Below, one piece after another: positions 57,187-61,190 of a stretch of DNA of 61,190 nucleotides. This DNA is from a virus (taxonomy: Duplodnaviria > Caudoviricetes). Each line of letters opens with the position of its first letter. Positions within the stretch are counted from its first letter, which is position 1. The notes below the pieces were generated by a model, which was not told the origin of the DNA, did no database searches, and worked only from the letters and a program-made list of their open reading frames with translations. The DNA lies in the IMG/VR virus record IMGVR_UViG_3300009001_000002, positions 1 through 61,190 of that record. One strand, given 5' to 3'. Position numbers and translations under genes: made by a program.

Positions 57187-58678
57187 AATAATTCTAGGTC
57201 CACCAGGTACGGGTAAAACCACTACATTATTAAATATCTTAGAAGAAGAAATAGAAAGTGGTATAGCACCAGAACGTATTGGCTTCGTATCATTTACACG
57301 CAGAGCGATTAAAGAAGCGAGAGATAGAACACTAGAAAAGTTTAAAGAGATTGATAAAGATCAATTAGACTACTTTAGAACACTTCATAGTTTATGTTTT
57401 AGATCTCTCGGTCTTAATAGTGAAAGAATATTTAAAGGTCTACACGTCACGGAATTTAAAAAGATACTTCGAATCGATATGACAGGCGATGTTGATGAAG
57501 AACAGATCGTTAATAACGGAGCAAGTTTAGGAGATCGCATGTTATTTTGCGATCAGTTAGCTAGGGCAAAGATGTGCCCACTAAAAGATACATGGAGAGA
57601 ATTAAAATGTGATTATTCGTGGGAAGAACAGAAACTATTTTCTGATACTCTCGTTGATTTTAAATTAAAAAGAAATCTTCTTGACTTTACTGATATGTTA
57701 AGTTCATTTCTCGAATCGGAATACACTCCTGATATTGATATTTTATTTGTTGATGAAGCACAAGACTTAACGAAGCTACAGTGGAAAGTAATTGATAAAC
57801 TATCTCATTCCGTTAAGACTATTTATATTGCAGGAGATGACGATCAAGCGATCTATAAATGGGCAGGTGCTGATGTAGATACGTTTCTTAGTCTTGATGG
57901 TGAGATTAGAATACTGCCATTTACTTATCGATTAAAAAAGCGTGTCTTTGATTTAGCGAATCAAGTAACAAAAAGAATTATAAATAGATACGATAAAGAT
58001 TGGTCTAGTTCAGAGGAACAGGGATCAGTAAACTACATTGAATCGTATGAGTATGCTGATATGTCAGAAGGAAGTTGGCTTATCTTAGCTAGAAATAACT
58101 ATCAGTTATATCCGATTGAAAAGTATTTAAAGCAGAAAGGATACATGTTTGAGAGAAAGTTTGGTGGATTCAAAGCTAATAAGTATGTTGTAGCAATTAG
58201 AACTTGGTTAGATTTAATCGAAGGAAAAGAAGTGCCTTACGATTCAATTATGAAGCTTTATAGCTGTATGAGAACAGGAGAAGGAATTACTCGAGGATTT
58301 AAAAACGGAAACAGTTTAGATAAGGAAAAAACATATACTTATAAAGAACTAAAAGATACTCACGGACTTATCGCAGAGGGTAAATGGGAAGAAGCTTTAA
58401 CTTTAATTCCTGATGACGATAAATATTATTATCAAGCTTTAGAAAAGACAGGTGATTTATTTTATAGCGAACCGAGAATACGATTAAGCACAATACATGG
58501 AAGTAAAGGTGCTGAAGCTGAAAATGTAATGTTACTCACTGATGTATCTTATGCTACATGGAAGAACATAAATGATCAATCTGATGATGAACATCGTGTT
58601 TTTTATGTAGGAATTACGAGAGCAAAGAATAATCTATTCATAGTGAATCCACAAGGATTGTATAGTTATCCTATATAA
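57164..58678 (+). CDS. UvrD/Rep-like SF1 helicase
   Basis: GPPGTGKT, SFTRRA, VDEAQD, GDDDQAIY, STIHGSKGAEA, YVGITRAK. Confidence 0.9.
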   Translation: MLSKDKTKIILGPPGTGKTTTLLNILEEEIESGIAPERIGFVSFTRRAIKEARDRTLEKFKEIDKDQLDYFRTLHSLCFRSLGLNSERIFKGLHVTEFKKILRIDMTGDVDEEQIVNNGASLGDRMLFCDQLARAKMCPLKDTWRELKCDYSWEEQKLFSDTLVDFKLKRNLLDFTDMLSSFLESEYTPDIDILFVDEAQDLTKLQWKVIDKLSHSVKTIYIAGDDDQAIYKWAGADVDTFLSLDGEIRILPFTYRLKKRVFDLANQVTKRIINRYDKDWSSSEEQGSVNYIESYEYADMSEGSWLILARNNYQLYPIEKYLKQKGYMFERKFGGFKANKYVVAIRTWLDLIEGKEVPYDSIMKLYSCMRTGEGITRGFKNGNSLDKEKTYTYKELKDTHGLIAEGKWEEALTLIPDDDKYYYQALEKTGDLFYSEPRIRLSTIHGSKGAEAENVMLLTDVSYATWKNINDQSDDEHRVFYVGITRAKNNLFIVNPQGLYSYPI

Positions 58679-58741
58679 TAAAAATCTTTGTTTTAAATGA
58701 AAAATAAATTAATATTATTTAAGTTAGAAAGGAGCACTTAA

Positions 58742-59791
58742 ATGAACGCAATTGGAAGCCACATTTTTGCTGGTGGTTTTACTCTCGGAGTAGAAAAGCA
58801 CTTCAATGTACTGGCACACTTTGAAGGTGATGGTGCCTACGGCGCTGACACATTCGCTTTAAATAGACCGAATATACCAGTTTTTTCTGGACCTTCTAAC
58901 TGGCCGGTTAAGGACTTCGAAGGTAAAGTAGATTTCGTTTACGGCAATCCTCCGTGTGCTCCTTGGTCAACACTAGGAACGGGCGGTCGCAAAGATTTAG
59001 ACTGGCGAGATGATCCTCGCATTGAAGCATGGTCTCATGTCTTTTCCCTTTTACACGATCTACAACCTAAAGCTTTAGCGATTGAGTCCGTTCCGAGAGT
59101 ATTCGCAAAAACAGGTGGAAGGCCAATGATTGAAAGTTTTACAGAAAAAGCAATACAAGCTGGCTATAATGTTACTCATTTTTTAGTTGATGGTCAGTAC
59201 ACGAATTTAAATCATAGTAGAAGAAGATTCTTTTTCTTAGCACATAAAGGAGGCCTATCTTTTCCACGATTGAATTGGAACCCTGCTCCAACTATCGCAG
59301 AAGTTTTAGCAGAAGTACCAGATCCTGGGCACATGAATAGTTTTACTAAAACAGAAGAAGAATTAGTTTCTCAGTGCGGTCAAGGAGAACAGTTAAGAAC
59401 GGTGTGGGAAAAATTAAATCCACCAGAAACTTGGCAACGATCTGAAAAAGGAAGAAGAGGTGTTAAAGGTAGACCTCAATTTATGAAATGGAGATTAAGA
59501 GATAATAAACCTGCGGGTGTTATTGCAGGAGGGTTTTATATTCACCCTACGGAAGATAGATTATTAGGCCATAAAGAATTGGCTCACTTCTCTGGTTATC
59601 CGCAAGATTATAAATGGGCCGGTCCTCCGTCTGGTTGGGGATCATTAATCGCACGATCAGTAATGCCACCTGTCGGTGAGTTCGTTGCGAGAGTAGTAAA
59701 AAATTCAATTGCTTCAGGTGAGCAAGCGAAAGAAGATGTACAGCTAGTGGATTATACAAAGCCACCTGCTATGGAGGATTTATTTGCATGA
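58742..59791 (+). CDS. C5-cytosine DNA methyltransferase-like enzyme with altered cofactor motifs
   Basis: GNPPC (IV), IESV (VI), RRRFF (VIII), IHPTEDRLL...E (IX); motif I is SHIFAGGF and motif X is IARSVMPP. Confidence 0.8.
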   Translation: MNAIGSHIFAGGFTLGVEKHFNVLAHFEGDGAYGADTFALNRPNIPVFSGPSNWPVKDFEGKVDFVYGNPPCAPWSTLGTGGRKDLDWRDDPRIEAWSHVFSLLHDLQPKALAIESVPRVFAKTGGRPMIESFTEKAIQAGYNVTHFLVDGQYTNLNHSRRRFFFLAHKGGLSFPRLNWNPAPTIAEVLAEVPDPGHMNSFTKTEEELVSQCGQGEQLRTVWEKLNPPETWQRSEKGRRGVKGRPQFMKWRLRDNKPAGVIAGGFYIHPTEDRLLGHKELAHFSGYPQDYKWAGPPSGWGSLIARSVMPPVGEFVARVVKNSIASGEQAKEDVQLVDYTKPPAMEDLFA

Positions 59792-60165
59792 GCCAATATA
59801 AAGATATTGATGCTTTTCATAAAAAGTTTAAATTTAATCAAGGTAAAGGAATTAAGTCAATGGATTATAGTTTTGGAAATTGGCGTGTTGACTTTCTTAT
59901 GGAAGAAATTGCTGAACTAACTGATGCTTTAGATAATAAAGATGACGTAGAAATACTAGATGCTTTAGTTGATATCTGCTACGTAGCTATGGGAACAGCG
60001 TGGTTAATGGGTTTACCATTTGAAAAAGCTTGGAAAGAAGTACAGAGATCTAATATGGAAAAGATTAGACAAGCAAGTGAACGATCTGAATTTGACGTAG
60101 TTAAACCTGAAGGTTGGAAGAAACCTGATATACGAGGAATTATTAAGAAATGGCAAAAGTCTTAA
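59788..60165 (+). CDS. All-alpha NTP pyrophosphohydrolase (MazG/PRA-PH-like; candidate dCTPase)
   Basis: EEIAEL...EILDALVDICYV.MG...EVQRSNMEK...KPEGW. Confidence 0.8.
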   Translation: MSQYKDIDAFHKKFKFNQGKGIKSMDYSFGNWRVDFLMEEIAELTDALDNKDDVEILDALVDICYVAMGTAWLMGLPFEKAWKEVQRSNMEKIRQASERSEFDVVKPEGWKKPDIRGIIKKWQKS

Positions 60166-61190
60166 TTACAGGATTCACTGCTAAAGGAATTGGTAGTGGT
60201 GATAATAAATTAAATATCGCAACAAGTGCGAATCTACTTCCGAAAGCACTAAAACTAGCAGGACACGAAGTAGTTCAAAAACCCATTATACCAGGTGATG
60301 ATGTATCGGAATACGATCATGTATTCGTCTTTATGTTTCCACCTAATAGTTTACCAAGTGCTTATACTTATGGTGCGATGTACACTTTAGCTAAAAGACC
60401 GGATGCTATCTGTGCTCTTGATGATTGGCAAACAAAAGACGTTCCTTCTGGTTTCGCTACGTTTGCAAGAGAAGGCCATTGGCGTTTATGGAAAACGCAA
60501 ACAAAGTCTGGTGCTCCTATGAAGAAGCGATACTATGATCAAGCACTTGACTATAAGCAAGAACTAAACGACCTATGCACTACAATGGGATTTGAAGAAT
60601 GGCCTTACAAATGTCTTGCACCAGTGTATAGAACTGGTAATATTGAAGCATTAGGTATAAAAGCGAAAGAATTGATTTCATGGGATCCGACTCCTATTTG
60701 CGATTCCTACATGGAAACGCCTACAGATCTATTTAGTATTGATCAGCAGGTTGACGTGAAAACTAAGGAAAAGAAATGGGTCTATGCTTCTCTTATTCAA
60801 AAGCCAGGTTGGTTAGAAAAAACACATGGTGAATGGGAAGTACAAGCTTATGGTAATAAAAATTTAGGACAGGAAAGAATTAGTGAACATGAATTATATA
60901 AAGTGTATCAGAAATCATGGGGAGTATTAGTACCACCTCATTATCATACTTTAAGAAAGAGTGGTTGGTGGAGAGTACGATACGGCATGATTAGAGATGC
61001 TCAATGCGTTACTGTAGGAGATTCTACGGAACTATCAATCTTCTTTGAAGATAGGGTTAAGTCTAGAAAAGCAATTGAGTTAATGAGTGATAGTGAATTA
61101 AAAGATTATCGGGATAAGCAACTATTAGACTATGAGGACGTATTTTGGTCTAAAGAGGAATTAAAAAACTTTATAATAGATTTACTATGA
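60150..61190 (+). CDS. GT-B glycosyltransferase resembling T4 DNA beta-glucosyltransferase
   Basis: 346 aa; KVLITG start, DVSEYDHVFVF resembling BGT DVNDYDRLIVV, DDWQ; C-terminal Y..SWGVL...WWRVRY; operon context. Confidence 0.55.
   Translation: MAKVLITGFTAKGIGSGDNKLNIATSANLLPKALKLAGHEVVQKPIIPGDDVSEYDHVFVFMFPPNSLPSAYTYGAMYTLAKRPDAICALDDWQTKDVPSGFATFAREGHWRLWKTQTKSGAPMKKRYYDQALDYKQELNDLCTTMGFEEWPYKCLAPVYRTGNIEALGIKAKELISWDPTPICDSYMETPTDLFSIDQQVDVKTKEKKWVYASLIQKPGWLEKTHGEWEVQAYGNKNLGQERISEHELYKVYQKSWGVLVPPHYHTLRKSGWWRVRYGMIRDAQCVTVGDSTELSIFFEDRVKSRKAIELMSDSELKDYRDKQLLDYEDVFWSKEELKNFIIDLL
61068..61190. repeat. 123-bp terminal direct repeat, right copy
   Basis: Identical to 1-123. Confidence 0.95.

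Noticed and set aside
58742-61190. TET/JBP-type 5mC oxidation pathway
   Set aside because: No 2OG-Fe(II) dioxygenase with HxD...H motifs was recognised anywhere in the genome

Overview
This window is a complete, circularly assembled, AT-rich dsDNA tailed-phage genome of about 61.07 kb. Bases 1-123 are identical to 61068-61190, so the last ORF runs straight into the first. The layout is podovirus-like: TerS, TerL, portal, GroES, scaffold, Mu-gpT-type capsid, tail tube and adaptor proteins, three tail fibres, ejection proteins, lysozyme and holin, then SNF2 and UvrD helicases, SSB, AEP primase, DEDDh exonuclease and a family A polymerase. It resembles marine ~60 kb pelagiphage/uvMED-type phages, but the host cannot be proven from sequence. 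No integrase, tRNA or CRISPR array was seen. The most striking system is a cytosine-hypermodification operon that crosses the assembly junction. It holds a C5-methyltransferase-like enzyme with a rewired cofactor pocket (motif X Asn replaced by Arg, the position tied to carboxy-SAM use), an NTP pyrophosphohydrolase, a T4 beta-glucosyltransferase-like enzyme, a dNMP kinase, a dCMP-type (Asp) thymidylate-synthase homologue and a dCMP deaminase. A UDP-xylose synthase lies just upstream, which suggests xylosylated and/or carboxymethylated cytosine. Other unusual signals are an early gene almost purged of CA/TG, GC and CC/GG, repeated cassettes of a 20-aa peptide plus an NPK-domain gene, 7-bp-period arrays after terS, tail-fibre N-termini identical in protein but recoded in DNA, exact 27-bp internal fibre repeats, a pseudoknot RNA after the capsid gene and an unannotated metallothionein-like ORF. 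All family calls come from motif recognition by eye, not from database searches.
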